A model generated the notes under the pieces. That model was given only the letters and a program-made list of their open reading frames with translations, did not search any database and had not been told where the DNA came from. This document shows, in pieces, positions 28,842 to 38,388 of a stretch of 64,000 nt of DNA. The translations under genes were made by a program, and so were the position numbers. This stretch comes from Thermoanaerobaculia bacterium (lineage in GTDB: Bacteria > Acidobacteriota > Thermoanaerobaculia > Gp7-AA8): NCBI GenBank assembly GCA_035629865.1, contig DASPHC010000055.1, positions 134,940-198,939 of the forward strand, read 5' to 3'. Position 1 is the first letter of the stretch. The number at the start of each line of letters is the position of its first letter.

Positions 28842-29597
28842 CTATACACGGGACAGAAGCTCCTCGGACAGACTGTAGTACTCCATCGCCCCGCTCGATT
28901 TCGGGGCGAACGTGAAGATCGATTCTTTGTAGGCCGGGCTTTCCTCGAGGCGGATCGACTTGGTGATCACGGTATTGAAGACCCGGTCGCCGAAGACGTT
29001 GCCGATGGCCTCGTGGATGTCCTTCGACAGCGTGGTCCGCTTGTCGTGCATGGTGATGACGACGCCGAGGAGCTGCAGATTCGGGTTCGGGCGAGCCTTG
29101 ATCTTCTCGATCGTCTCGAGGAGGTCGTCCGTCCCTTCCAGCGCAAAGTACGACGACTGGATCGGCACCAGGACGTGCGTCGAGGCCACCAGCGCGTTCA
29201 CCGTGATCATGCCGAGGGTCGGCGGCGTGTCGATGAAGACGTAGTCGTACTCGTTGGCGGTCTCTTTCATCCGGTCCTTGAGGCGGAACGGACCGTCCAT
29301 GTCTCCGATGAGCTTCGACTCGAGCTTGGCCAGGGCGATCTTGGATGGCGCGACGAAGAGGTTCGGCACCGGCGTCGGCACGATGACCTCGGCCAGCTCC
29401 ATCTCCTCGCTCACCATGACGTCGTACATCGACCGCGTGATGGCGCGTGCGTCGACGTAGCTCATCGTCGAGTTTGCCTGCGGATCGAGGTCGATCAGCA
29501 GCGTTTTGAGGCCCTTGTTTGCGACCGCGGCGGAGAGGTTGATGGCGGTGGTGGTCTTTCCGACACCGCCTTTCTGGTTGGCGACAGTGATGATCAT
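28842..29597 (-). CDS. parA: ParA/Soj ATPase
   Basis: NQKGGVGKTT, IDLDPQAN, IDTPP. Confidence 0.93.
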   Translation of the reverse strand: MIITVANQKGGVGKTTTAINLSAAVANKGLKTLLIDLDPQANSTMSYVDARAITRSMYDVMVSEEMELAEVIVPTPVPNLFVAPSKIALAKLESKLIGDMDGPFRLKDRMKETANEYDYVFIDTPPTLGMITVNALVASTHVLVPIQSSYFALEGTDDLLETIEKIKARPNPNLQLLGVVITMHDKRTTLSKDIHEAIGNVFGDRVFNTVITKSIRLEESPAYKESIFTFAPKSSGAMEYYSLSEELLSRV

Positions 29598-29638
29598 GAA
29601 CCGGAAATGATTCTACCGGATCGCACGACCGCGCCGCC

Positions 29639-30145
29639 TCACATCTTGTACTTGCCGAGGTCCTCGGGGGAGAGATTCTCAAACCACTTCTTCGATCTCT
29701 CGTCCGGATCCTCGCCGTCTTCCGGCGTGATGGTCTGGGCCTGTTCGAGCACGGACTGGGCGACGAAGATCGGCGCCTCGGCGCGCAGCGCCAGGGCGAT
29801 GGCGTCGCTGGGACGCGCGTCGATCTCCAGCATCCGGTCATTGCCGCCGCGGGTGATCAGCAGGCGGATCTGGGCGAAGAACGTCGAGTCGCGAAGATCG
29901 TTGATGACGATGCGCGAGACCCGCGCGTCGAGCTCCGCGATCATCGTCCGCAGCAGGTCGTGGGTCATCGGCCGCGGCGTGCTGATGTTTTCCAGCTGCA
30001 GCGCGATGGCGTTGGCCTCGAAGATCCCGACCCAGATCGGCAGGAAGAACTTCTCCTCGTCATCCTTGAGGACGACGATCGGCGAGTTCGACACCGGGTC
30101 GAGCATCAGCCCTTTGATCGACATCGGTACGAGCTCACTGGTCAT
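29639..30145 (-). CDS. Bifunctional nuclease family protein (DUF151)
   Basis: LPIWVGIFEA, RPMTHDL, DARPSDAIALA. Confidence 0.92.
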   Translation of the reverse strand: MTSELVPMSIKGLMLDPVSNSPIVVLKDDEEKFFLPIWVGIFEANAIALQLENISTPRPMTHDLLRTMIAELDARVSRIVINDLRDSTFFAQIRLLITRGGNDRMLEIDARPSDAIALALRAEAPIFVAQSVLEQAQTITPEDGEDPDERSKKWFENLSPEDLGKYKM

Positions 30146-31440
30146 GCGACAGCCTCCCCGCGCAACGTATGGTGCTGCGCCGATTCGATGCGCACCGCCA
30201 GAATACTCCCGAGCGGCGTGGAAGGGTCGGCATGAAAATTCACTACCCAGAAATCGTCGGTTCTTCCGGAGAGCATGGCCGGGTCATGGCGGCTCGGTCC
30301 TTCGACCAATACCGGCAGCACACGGCCGCGATACGACTCCAGCCGCTCGCGTTTGTGCCGCTCGTGGAGATCGAATAATCGCTGCAGACGCTCCGACGCG
30401 ACGGCGTCGTCGACCGGCGGACCGATCCGCAGCGACGGCGTCCCCGGCCGCGGCGAATACTTGAACGCGAACAGCGAGCCGTAGCGGACTTCCTCCAGGA
30501 GGCTCAGCGTCTCCTGGAAGTCTTCCTCGGTCTCGCCCGGGAAACCGACGATGAAGTCGGTCGAGAACAGCATTTCCGGGACCGCCGCACGGATCCGGCC
30601 GATCGTTTCGAGGTACTTCTCGCGCGTGTACAACCGCTTCATCCGTCGCAGCACGCGCGACGAGCCCGACTGCACCGGCAGATGGAGGTAGCGGGAGATG
30701 TTCTCGTGGTCGCGCATGGCGGCGATCATCGAATCGCTCACTTCCGCCGGGTGCGAGGTCATGAAACGGAGGCGGGCGACGCCGGGGATCTCCGCGACGG
30801 CGCGCAGCAGGCCGCCGAAATCGCGTCCGCTTTTCGGGCAGCGGTAGGCATTGACGGTCTGGCCGAGGAGCTCGATCTCCACTCGCCCGCTTCCGACGGC
30901 CGTGCTGACCTCGGCCAGTACATCTTCGAAGACCCGCGACTGCTCGCGGCCGCGCGTGGTCGGGACGATGCAGAACGTGCAGTTCTTGTTGCAGCCTTCG
31001 ATGATCGTCACCCACGCCCGGGTCGCGGAGGTGCGGTCGATGTTCGTGTAGTCGTAGTTGCGGTCTTCGTGAAACTCGAGCGCGATGCGCTTCCCGTTCT
31101 CCAGCACGTCGTCGAGGTGTCCGACGTTGCCCGGACCCATGACAAAGTCGACCCAGGGGGCGCGCTCGAGGATCTGCTCCCCTTCCTGCTGTGCCACGCA
31201 GCCGCAGACGCCGATCTTGAGCTCGCGCTCGTTCTTCAGCTCGCGGAGCCGTCCGAGATGGGAGTAGACCTTCTGCTCCGACTTGTCGCGGATCGAGCAG
31301 GTGTTGAGGAGGATCAGGTCCGCCTCGCTCTCCGCCTCGACGCGCTTGTACCCGCGCAGCTTCAGATGACCCGACAGCCGCTGCGTGTCGAGCTCGTTCA
31401 TCTGGCAGCCCCAGGTTTCGATGTAATAGGACTTGGTCAT
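30142..31440 (-). CDS. miaB: tRNA-i6A37 methylthiotransferase
   Basis: GCQMNE, NTCSIR, CNKNCTFC, TRAM domain. Confidence 0.95.
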   Translation of the reverse strand: MTKSYYIETWGCQMNELDTQRLSGHLKLRGYKRVEAESEADLILLNTCSIRDKSEQKVYSHLGRLRELKNERELKIGVCGCVAQQEGEQILERAPWVDFVMGPGNVGHLDDVLENGKRIALEFHEDRNYDYTNIDRTSATRAWVTIIEGCNKNCTFCIVPTTRGREQSRVFEDVLAEVSTAVGSGRVEIELLGQTVNAYRCPKSGRDFGGLLRAVAEIPGVARLRFMTSHPAEVSDSMIAAMRDHENISRYLHLPVQSGSSRVLRRMKRLYTREKYLETIGRIRAAVPEMLFSTDFIVGFPGETEEDFQETLSLLEEVRYGSLFAFKYSPRPGTPSLRIGPPVDDAVASERLQRLFDLHERHKRERLESYRGRVLPVLVEGPSRHDPAMLSGRTDDFWVVNFHADPSTPLGSILAVRIESAQHHTLRGEAVA

Positions 31441-31445
31441 TGTTA

Positions 31446-31502
31446 AGCTCGCAGCTCTCAGCTCGCAGCTCTCAGGGGGTTTTTGCTGAGAGCTGAGAAC
31501 TG
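31446..31502. repeat. 7-mer hairpin (family D)
   Basis: agctcgcagctctcagctcgcagctctcag ... ctgagagctgagaactg. Confidence 0.8.
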
Positions 31503-31945
31503 CCGCCCGCGAGCTGTTCGAGCTCTTTCCTCGCCGTATCCAGCCGCGTCTTCACGTCATTGAACTGCTTCACGAGCTCGCCATCGCGGCGGTCGAGGTC
31601 ATCCTCTTCGTAATACCTCTGTTCGAGCGCGGCCAGCTCTTTTTCGAGCGTGGCCACGTTCGCTTTGGCGGCCGCGAGCAGTTGATTGTGCTCGGCGCGT
31701 ATTTTCCTGTCGGCTGCGTGCTTCTCGGCGAGCGTCGGCTGCGGGGGCTCGTCCGGCAGCGGACGGAGCGGCGTCTCCAGGAGCTTTCCCTTCGACTTCT
31801 TCACGTCCTCGTTGGTGATGACCTTGGACGTACTCTTCTTGCGCTTCGCCTTTGCCGTGCGGGCGGTCTCGACGAGATCATCCGCGGCTGCGCCGAACGA
31901 CCAAGTCGTGGCCAGCAGCAACAGCGCGAGCGCGAGCGGTTTCAT
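31472..31945 (-). CDS. Exported hypothetical coiled-coil protein
   Basis: Signal MKPLALALLLLA, KVITNEDV motif, helical C-terminus; ATGA overlap with cupin gene. Confidence 0.7.
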   Translation of the reverse strand: MKPLALALLLLATTWSFGAAADDLVETARTAKAKRKKSTSKVITNEDVKKSKGKLLETPLRPLPDEPPQPTLAEKHAADRKIRAEHNQLLAAAKANVATLEKELAALEQRYYEEDDLDRRDGELVKQFNDVKTRLDTARKELEQLAGGSSQLSAKTP

Positions 31946-32319
31946 GCGCGACCGTATCGATCCTCGAGGCGGACCACGTCCTGCAGCTCCGGCGTCGAGA
32001 CCTCCGCCACGTCGGTGTCGACAACCGCGTACATCCGATGAATCAAACGGGGCGGGATATGAAACGCCTCCCCTTTCCGCAGCGACAGCTCCCGGCGATC
32101 GCCGTCGTGCTCGATCGTCAGTTTCAGCTCGCCGTCGACAACGTACAGCGTCTCGTCTTTCATTTCGTGGTACTGGAGGCTCAGCGACTCCCCCTGGTTC
32201 ACATGCAGGATCTTCCCGACGTACCGCTCGGTGTGGGCGAAGATCAGCTCGTAGCCCCACGGCTTCGGGACGTGGGTGATCGGGCGGTGCTTGAAGAACA
32301 GCTCTCGTTCGTCGCTCAT
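31942..32319 (-). CDS. Cupin-domain protein (mannose-6-phosphate isomerase type II-like)
   Basis: KPWGYE, LSLQYHEMKDE, EVSTPEL, VRLEDRYGR. Confidence 0.85.
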   Translation of the reverse strand: MSDERELFFKHRPITHVPKPWGYELIFAHTERYVGKILHVNQGESLSLQYHEMKDETLYVVDGELKLTIEHDGDRRELSLRKGEAFHIPPRLIHRMYAVVDTDVAEVSTPELQDVVRLEDRYGRA

Positions 32320-34103
32320 AGGGGTTGATTGACCAGTCCTTCCGGGAAACGCATGGCCACGCTCTCGATCACGAACTCCTCGATCTCCTGCGCGGTCTTC
32401 TTCTGCAGTGCCATCTCGGCGATACGCCGGCAGTCTTTGTAACGCACCGAGCGCACCACATTCTTGATCACCGGGATCGACGACGGGTTCATCGAGAAAA
32501 TCTCCAGGCCGAGGCCGATGAGCACGATCGCGTAGATCGGGTCGGAAGCCATCTCGCCGCACATCTCCACCGGGATTCCGGCCCGCTTGCCGGCGTCGAT
32601 GACCATCTTCACCAGCCGGAGGATGGCCGGATGCAGCGGCTCGTACAGATAGCTGACGTTCTCGTTGCTCCGGTCGATGGCCAGCGAGTATTGAATGAGG
32701 TCGTTCGTCCCGATGGCGAAGAAATCCGCCTCGGTGGCCAGCAGGTCGGCGATCACCGCGGCCGACGGCACTTCGATCATGATCCCGATCTGCAGGTCTT
32801 TGTTGTGGGCGATCCCCTCGGCGTCGAGCTCCTGGCGGATCTCGCGGACGAGCGTCTTCACCTGCCGCAGCTCCTGCACGCCGGAGACGAGCGGGAACAT
32901 GATCTTGATCTTCCCGTGCGCCGAGGCGCGCAGCAGGGCCCGCAACTGGGTCTTGAACATGTCGCGGTGCTGCATGCAGAGCCGCAGCGCGCGGAGACCG
33001 AGGACCGGATTGTCTTCCTTCGAGCCCATCACCTCGCGGGCCAGCTTCTTCCCGCCGAGGTCGAACGTCCGGATGATGCACCAGTTCGGCGCCGTCGATT
33101 CCGCGATCTTCCTGTAGATGTTGAAGTGCTCTTCCTCGGTCGGCAGATCGGGGCTGGTGGAGATGTAGAGGAATTCGCTGCGATAGAGCCCGATCCCTTC
33201 TGCGCCGAACTTGTTCGCGTCGTCCAGCTCCTCGACCAGCTCGATGTTCGCCTGCAGCGAGATCTTCCGGTTGTCCTTCGTGATCGCCGGCAGGAGGCGG
33301 TTCTCGAGCAGCTTCTGCTCCGCTTCCTCGTGCCGGGAGACGCGGCTGATGTACTCCGAGACCATCGCCGGGGTCGGGTTGACGACGAGGGTCCCCTCGT
33401 AGCCGTCGACGATCACCAGCTCGTCGTTGTCGACGATCTTGGTGAGGCGCGGCACGCCGATGACGGCGGGCATGAAAAGCGACTTGGCGATGATCGAGGT
33501 GTGCGACGTCCTGCCGCCGACCTCGGTCGCGAAGCCGACGATCGGACGGCGGTTGAAATGGATCGTGTCCGACGGCGTCAGATCGTCGGCGATGATGATG
33601 ACGTCGTGCTTGATCTCGGAGAGGTCGTGATGCGCGACTCCCATCAGGTTCACCAGCACGCGCTCGGCGACGTCCTTGACGTCGGCCACGCGCTCGCGGA
33701 GGTACTCGTCGTCGAAGGACGCGAAGCGGGCCTGTAGCTCTTCCTGCACCTCGGCGAGTGCCCACTCGGCGTTCACCTGCTCGTTCTCGATCTTCTGGAC
33801 GACTTTGTCGGCGAACGAGGCATCGCCGACGATCATGGCGTGGGCCTCGAAGATCTGGGCGTACTCATCACCCATCGAGCGGCTGACTTTGAGCTTCAGC
33901 TCGAGCAGCTCGTCGCGGGTCTTCTCCAGCGACTCCAGGAACCGTGTGACCTCGGAGTCGACTTCCTCCTCGCGAATCGGGACCCGGTAGACCGAAGCCA
34001 CGCGCTTCTCGACGATCACCGCCCTGCCGATGGCGATGCCGGGAGAGACCCCGACGCCTTTGTAGGTGCGAATGTCGCTACGCGTTTGAGCTGAGGACGG
34101 CAT
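32316..34103 (-). CDS. ptsI: PTS enzyme I
   Basis: GGRTSHTSI, GLYRSEF, IGTNDLIQY, MCGEMA. Confidence 0.95.
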   Translation of the reverse strand: MPSSAQTRSDIRTYKGVGVSPGIAIGRAVIVEKRVASVYRVPIREEEVDSEVTRFLESLEKTRDELLELKLKVSRSMGDEYAQIFEAHAMIVGDASFADKVVQKIENEQVNAEWALAEVQEELQARFASFDDEYLRERVADVKDVAERVLVNLMGVAHHDLSEIKHDVIIIADDLTPSDTIHFNRRPIVGFATEVGGRTSHTSIIAKSLFMPAVIGVPRLTKIVDNDELVIVDGYEGTLVVNPTPAMVSEYISRVSRHEEAEQKLLENRLLPAITKDNRKISLQANIELVEELDDANKFGAEGIGLYRSEFLYISTSPDLPTEEEHFNIYRKIAESTAPNWCIIRTFDLGGKKLAREVMGSKEDNPVLGLRALRLCMQHRDMFKTQLRALLRASAHGKIKIMFPLVSGVQELRQVKTLVREIRQELDAEGIAHNKDLQIGIMIEVPSAAVIADLLATEADFFAIGTNDLIQYSLAIDRSNENVSYLYEPLHPAILRLVKMVIDAGKRAGIPVEMCGEMASDPIYAIVLIGLGLEIFSMNPSSIPVIKNVVRSVRYKDCRRIAEMALQKKTAQEIEEFVIESVAMRFPEGLVNQPL

Positions 34104-34107
34104 CAGC

Positions 34108-34377
34108 TCATTCTACTTCGTCGAATTTGGCGTCGATCAGCTTCTCGATCGCATCGAGGGCGTCGCGCTCGTCCTGGCCGTCCGCCCGGACGAGAATCGA
34201 CGACCCGCGACCGGCGGCGAGCAGCAGGATTCCGAGAATCGACTTGCCGTCGACCTCTTCCTCCCCTTTCCGGATCTTGATGTCAGCTTTGAAGCGCGCC
34301 GCGGTGTGCACCAGCTTCGCCGCGGCGCGTGCATGAAGTCCGAGCTTGTTCTTGATCTCGATCGACCGCTCGGTCAC
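34108..34377 (-). CDS. ptsH: HPr phosphocarrier
   Basis: GLHARAA (His15), DGKSILG (Ser46). Confidence 0.93.
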   Translation of the reverse strand: MTERSIEIKNKLGLHARAAAKLVHTAARFKADIKIRKGEEEVDGKSILGILLLAAGRGSSILVRADGQDERDALDAIEKLIDAKFDEVE

Positions 34378-34799
34378 GCCGTGGCTCCGGCGCGTTTCTC
34401 CGCCGTCAGCAGGTCGGACGCCACGCGGATGGCTTTCGAGCCCTTCTCGCTGATCACGTGGGCCAGCGTGGAGACGTCCTTCGACTCCTGCTTGACCATG
34501 GCGAACTTCACCACCATCGGCAGGTTCACGCCGGTGACGATCTCGATCCTCCCCTGCTCCAGAAACGAGAGGCTGATGTTGCTCGGCGTCCCGCCGAACA
34601 TGTCGGTAAAGATGATGACGTCGCGGTCGTGCCCGATCCGCTCGAGGGCGCCGGCGATCTTCTCGCGCGCCTCGTCGACGGTGTCGCTCCATTCGAGCGG
34701 TACGGCTTCGATGCCGGAAACGTCTGCTTCGATCTGGCGGGCCGCGTTCAACAGCTCGTACGCCAGATTTCCATGGGTAACAATCAATGCCCCGATCAA
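34374..34799 (-). CDS. PTS mannose-family EIIA
   Basis: IVTHG, TDMFGGTPSN, GVNLPM. Confidence 0.92.
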   Translation of the reverse strand: MIGALIVTHGNLAYELLNAARQIEADVSGIEAVPLEWSDTVDEAREKIAGALERIGHDRDVIIFTDMFGGTPSNISLSFLEQGRIEIVTGVNLPMVVKFAMVKQESKDVSTLAHVISEKGSKAIRVASDLLTAEKRAGATA

Positions 34800-34869
34800 G
34801 AACTACCTCCGCGGGTGCGCATAATAAGACAAATCGGCCGGCACCCCGCCGGATGGCGAACGCGGCCGC

Positions 34870-35742
34870 TCACCTCTTATAGTCCCGGTGCACCGTCTCC
34901 ACGGCGTACCCGGCCTCTTCGAGGTCGTCGCTGAGGCGCTGGCCGATGGCGACGGAGCGGTGCTTGCCGCCGGTGCAGCCGATGCCGATGGTCAGGTAGC
35001 TCTTCATCTCCTTCCGGTAGCCCGGGAGGACGTACGTTACGAAGTCGAGCAGGCGGGCGTAGAACTCTTCGTACCCTTCCTGCTCGCGCAGATATTCGAT
35101 GACCTCGGGGTCGAGCCCGGTCTTCGGCCGCAGCGATTCGACGAAGTGCGGGTTCGGCAGGAAGCGGACGTCGAAGAGGAGGTCGAGATTGTACGGAAGG
35201 CTGTATTTGAAGCCGAAGGTGATCAGGGTGACGAGCATGGTCGGCTCGTGGCCCGGGATCTGGAACCGGCGCAGGACCTCGGCTTTCAGCTCGTGCACGG
35301 AGAACTGGGAGGTGTCGAGGGACATGTTCGCCAGCGACTTGACCTCGGTCAGGGCATCACGCTCGGCTTTGATGGCCTCCAGCAGCGGCCGATCTTTCGC
35401 CAGCGGGTGCGGGCGCCTCGTCTCCGAGTAGCGCCGGGCCAGCGCCTCGTCGCTCGCCTCGAGGAAGATCAACACCGTGTTCGGGACGAGCTTCTGCAGC
35501 CGCTCGCGATAGAAGTTCGGGAAGATGGTGGCGAAGTCGCGGGTCCGGACGTCGACGACGATGCCGACCCGGTTCGCTTTCTCGTGCGTCGTGACCTCGG
35601 CGAGATACGGCTCGATCAACTGGATCGGCAGGTTGTCCGTGCAATAGAAGCCAAGATCCTCCAGCGTCGACTGTACGTAGCTCTTGCCGGAGCCGGAAAG
35701 GCCGGTGATGACGACGAGATATTCAGGAGGTTGAATACTCAA
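34870..35742 (-). CDS. rapZ: RNase adapter RapZ/YvcJ
   Basis: GLSGSGKS, DVRFLPNP, GCTGGKHRSV. Confidence 0.95.
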   Translation of the reverse strand: MSIQPPEYLVVITGLSGSGKSYVQSTLEDLGFYCTDNLPIQLIEPYLAEVTTHEKANRVGIVVDVRTRDFATIFPNFYRERLQKLVPNTVLIFLEASDEALARRYSETRRPHPLAKDRPLLEAIKAERDALTEVKSLANMSLDTSQFSVHELKAEVLRRFQIPGHEPTMLVTLITFGFKYSLPYNLDLLFDVRFLPNPHFVESLRPKTGLDPEVIEYLREQEGYEEFYARLLDFVTYVLPGYRKEMKSYLTIGIGCTGGKHRSVAIGQRLSDDLEEAGYAVETVHRDYKR

Positions 35743-35779
35743 ACGAGACAGTTCCTCCGCGAGAGGTGAAGTTTAACGA

Positions 35780-35886
35780 GGTTATCGGTTGTCAGTTGTC
35801 GGTTATCTGTCAGTCCTCGGCTTCGGTTGCCGTACCGCGAGTGCCGTCCAGGCGATCAATGGCAGACAACTGACAACCGACAACTG
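35780..35886. repeat. 7-mer hairpin (family C)
   Basis: ggttatcggttgtcagttgtcggttatc ... gacaactgacaaccgacaactg. Confidence 0.9.
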
Positions 35887-35888
35887 CT

Positions 35889-36965
35889 TCACCGTTGCCT
35901 CCGCGTGCGGTCGATCACGTCCGGTGCGAATCGCGTGCGCGAATGCACGCTCCGGAGCTCCGAGCTGGCCTTCTCTTCGTTGTTGCTGGGCGGCAGGTGG
36001 TCGCTCATCGCCGCCGATCCCTGCCGGGCGATCTTCTCGTCGATGCGCCGGGTGAACTCGCGCGCGGAGTCGTAGCCCTGCAGCTTCATCAGGTGATTGC
36101 GGGCCGCGACCTCCACGAGCAGCGCCAGGTTGCGCCCCGAGGCAACCGGCAGCCGGACGTACGGTTTTTTCACCCCGAGCAGCTCGTAGGTCTCGCCGCT
36201 GATGCCGAGGCGGTCGTACTCCGCCCCTTCCACCCACTTCTCCAGCTTCACCACCATGTCGATCGGCTTCACGTCGCGGGTCGAGGCGACGCCGAAGAGG
36301 TCCTTGATGTCGATGATGCCGATGCCGCGCAATTCCATGTGATGGCGCAACAGGTCGTTCGAGTAGCCGAGCAGCACGTCGTTTGGATGGCGCTTGATGA
36401 CCACCAGGTCGTCGGCGATGAGCCGATGGCCGTTCGAGACGAGGTCGAGCGCGCATTCGCTCTTGCCGATGCCGCTGTCGCCGAGGAGCAGCACGCCGAT
36501 GCCGTAGACGTCGAGAAGGCCCGAGTGCATGGTCAGCCGGGGGGCCATGTTCTCTTCGAGGAAGTAAGTCGTCCGGGTGATGGTCGTCGACGACATGGCC
36601 GGCGTGGAGAAGAGCGGCACGGAGCGCTTCTCGCACTCGACCCGCAGCTCGTCCAGAGGCGTGATCCCTTTGGTGACGATGAAGCAGGAGATATCGAGCC
36701 CGCTGACGTCGCGGATCCGCTTCTCCCGCAGGCGCGGCGGAAGACTCTGCAGATACTTCGTCTCCGAGGCCCCGATGATCTGCACCCGCCACGGCTTGAT
36801 GTACTCGTAGTAGCCGGCAAAGGCGAGCCCCGGCTTCTGCACGCGCGGACGCTGGATGACGTTGTGAAGTCCGTCGTCGCCGGTGACGAGCTTGAGCTGG
36901 AGGTCCTCCATCTCGCCCACCATCAGCGACTGCACCGTGGTCTCTATGTAGTCTTCATCGGTCAC
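35889..36965 (-). CDS. hprK: HPr kinase/phosphorylase
   Basis: GDSGIGKSE, LIADD, MELRGIGII, GRNLA. Confidence 0.95.
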   Translation of the reverse strand: MTDEDYIETTVQSLMVGEMEDLQLKLVTGDDGLHNVIQRPRVQKPGLAFAGYYEYIKPWRVQIIGASETKYLQSLPPRLREKRIRDVSGLDISCFIVTKGITPLDELRVECEKRSVPLFSTPAMSSTTITRTTYFLEENMAPRLTMHSGLLDVYGIGVLLLGDSGIGKSECALDLVSNGHRLIADDLVVIKRHPNDVLLGYSNDLLRHHMELRGIGIIDIKDLFGVASTRDVKPIDMVVKLEKWVEGAEYDRLGISGETYELLGVKKPYVRLPVASGRNLALLVEVAARNHLMKLQGYDSAREFTRRIDEKIARQGSAAMSDHLPPSNNEEKASSELRSVHSRTRFAPDVIDRTRRQR

Positions 36966-36999
36966 ACGTGCAGTTTATCGTCCCTGTGTGGGAGCGCGG

Positions 37000-37656
37000 C
37001 TACTTCTTGAGCGACGTCCTGGCCTGCTTCTCCATCAGCTCCTGCCCTTCCTTCTCCTTGGTGCGGCCGGCGAAGCGGTCTTTGCCGGTGGCGCCGTCGG
37101 CTTCGACGACGAAGGTCAGGTCTTTGACGTCGAACGTCTTGGCGATCTCGGGGCCGCTGAAGGTGATCGAATAGGTGCGGATCATGTTGGACGTGCTCAT
37201 GCTGCCGCCGAGGTTCGTCCCGCCGTCATCCGACTTGCCGCCGCCGCTGGAGCCGATGTTCGAGAGCGCCCCTGCCACGGCCGGATTGTCGCGCTTGGTC
37301 GTGGTGTCGGTGCGGTCGGAGACGTTGATGCCGGACGGCGGCCCGAACAGGACGATCAGCTTGCCGCGAAGGGTCTTCGAGGCGGGGATCTTGCCGATGG
37401 TGAGGTACTTGTCGGCCTGTTCGGCGCGCTTCTTCACCTCGGCCTCGAACTCGGGACCGCGGCCGGCCAGAAAGTCCGAGACGAACTTCGCCGCGGCGGC
37501 TTCACTGGTCAGAGCGCCCCACTGGTCGCGCTCCGCCTTGGTCATGAAATAGCCGGCCGGCGTCTCGTTCCAGCCGTCGTACTTGCCAAGGTTCGCAGCG
37601 AAAAGGGGAACGGCGAGAAACGCGACTGCCACGGCGAGAATGCTGATCCGACGCAT
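37000..37656 (-). CDS. Exported GWxTD-domain-like protein (degenerate motif)
   Basis: Signal peptide; YFMTKAERDQW; IPASKTLRGKLIVLFGPPS resembles GWxTDRG...GPP. Confidence 0.6.
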   Translation of the reverse strand: MRRISILAVAVAFLAVPLFAANLGKYDGWNETPAGYFMTKAERDQWGALTSEAAAAKFVSDFLAGRGPEFEAEVKKRAEQADKYLTIGKIPASKTLRGKLIVLFGPPSGINVSDRTDTTTKRDNPAVAGALSNIGSSGGGKSDDGGTNLGGSMSTSNMIRTYSITFSGPEIAKTFDVKDLTFVVEADGATGKDRFAGRTKEKEGQELMEKQARTSLKK

Positions 37657-37722
37657 GAGGCCTCCAGGGTTTGTGTTTGGCCCCGATGGTACACCGCGCC
37701 GCGGTAACGATGCTGTTACTAC

Positions 37723-37803
37723 AAAGGCAGAAGGCAGAAAGCAAAAGGCAGAAGGTTCACATCCTTCTGCCCTCTGCCTTCTGACTTCTGCCTTTGACTT
37801 TTG
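37723..37803. repeat. 7-mer hairpin GGCAGAA/TTCTGCC (family F)
   Basis: ggcagaaggcagaaagcaaaaggcagaagg ... ccttctgccctctgccttctgacttctgcc. Confidence 0.9.
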
Positions 37804-37809
37804 TGCGGC

Positions 37810-38373
37810 TCAGAATTCGGGCGAGATCAGGCCGAGATTGTTGTCGCGGCGCTTGTAGATCACCGAGACCCGGTCCGTGTCGATGTCGCGGAAGACGATG
37901 AACTCGTTCTTCGAGTCGTCGAGCCGGAGGGCGGCCTCTTCGATCGACATCGGCCGGATGGCGATGCTGTTGGTCTTGACGATGCGCGGCGCGCGCTCCT
38001 CGGTCTCCTCGCGGAGCTGTCCGGGCTCAAGCACCTGCACGTTCCATTCGCTGATGCCCGGCTTCGAGCCGTCGTTGCGATGGTGGTCGCGGAGCTTGCT
38101 GCGGTTCTTCTGGGCCTGGCGCTTGATGTGGTCGAGGGCGGAGTTGACGGCGTCCTGCATCGACTCGTCGGACTCCTGCACGCTCTTGACGTCGTGCTCC
38201 TTCCCCTTGATCAGGATCTCGCAGATGTTGCGGTACTTCTCGACCTGCAGGACCACCCGCACGTCGATCACGTCGTCGAACAGTTTCTCCTGGATCTTGG
38301 CCAGCTTCTTCTCGACCAGGTCCCGGACGTCGGGAGGAATCTCGTAATTACGGCCGGAAATCTCGGTTGCCAT
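37810..38373 (-). CDS. hpf: Long-form ribosome hibernation factor
   Basis: ISGRN, RPMSIEEA, VIYKRRD; follows rpoN. Confidence 0.92.
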   Translation of the reverse strand: MATEISGRNYEIPPDVRDLVEKKLAKIQEKLFDDVIDVRVVLQVEKYRNICEILIKGKEHDVKSVQESDESMQDAVNSALDHIKRQAQKNRSKLRDHHRNDGSKPGISEWNVQVLEPGQLREETEERAPRIVKTNSIAIRPMSIEEAALRLDDSKNEFIVFRDIDTDRVSVIYKRRDNNLGLISPEF

Positions 38374-38388
38374 ACACCACACCTCGAA

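Noticed and set aside
34814-34824. GGTGCGCATAA, identical to the E. coli dif XerC arm
   Set aside because: No XerD arm at 6-bp spacing; better explained as overlapping a TATTAT -10 box for the EIIA gene
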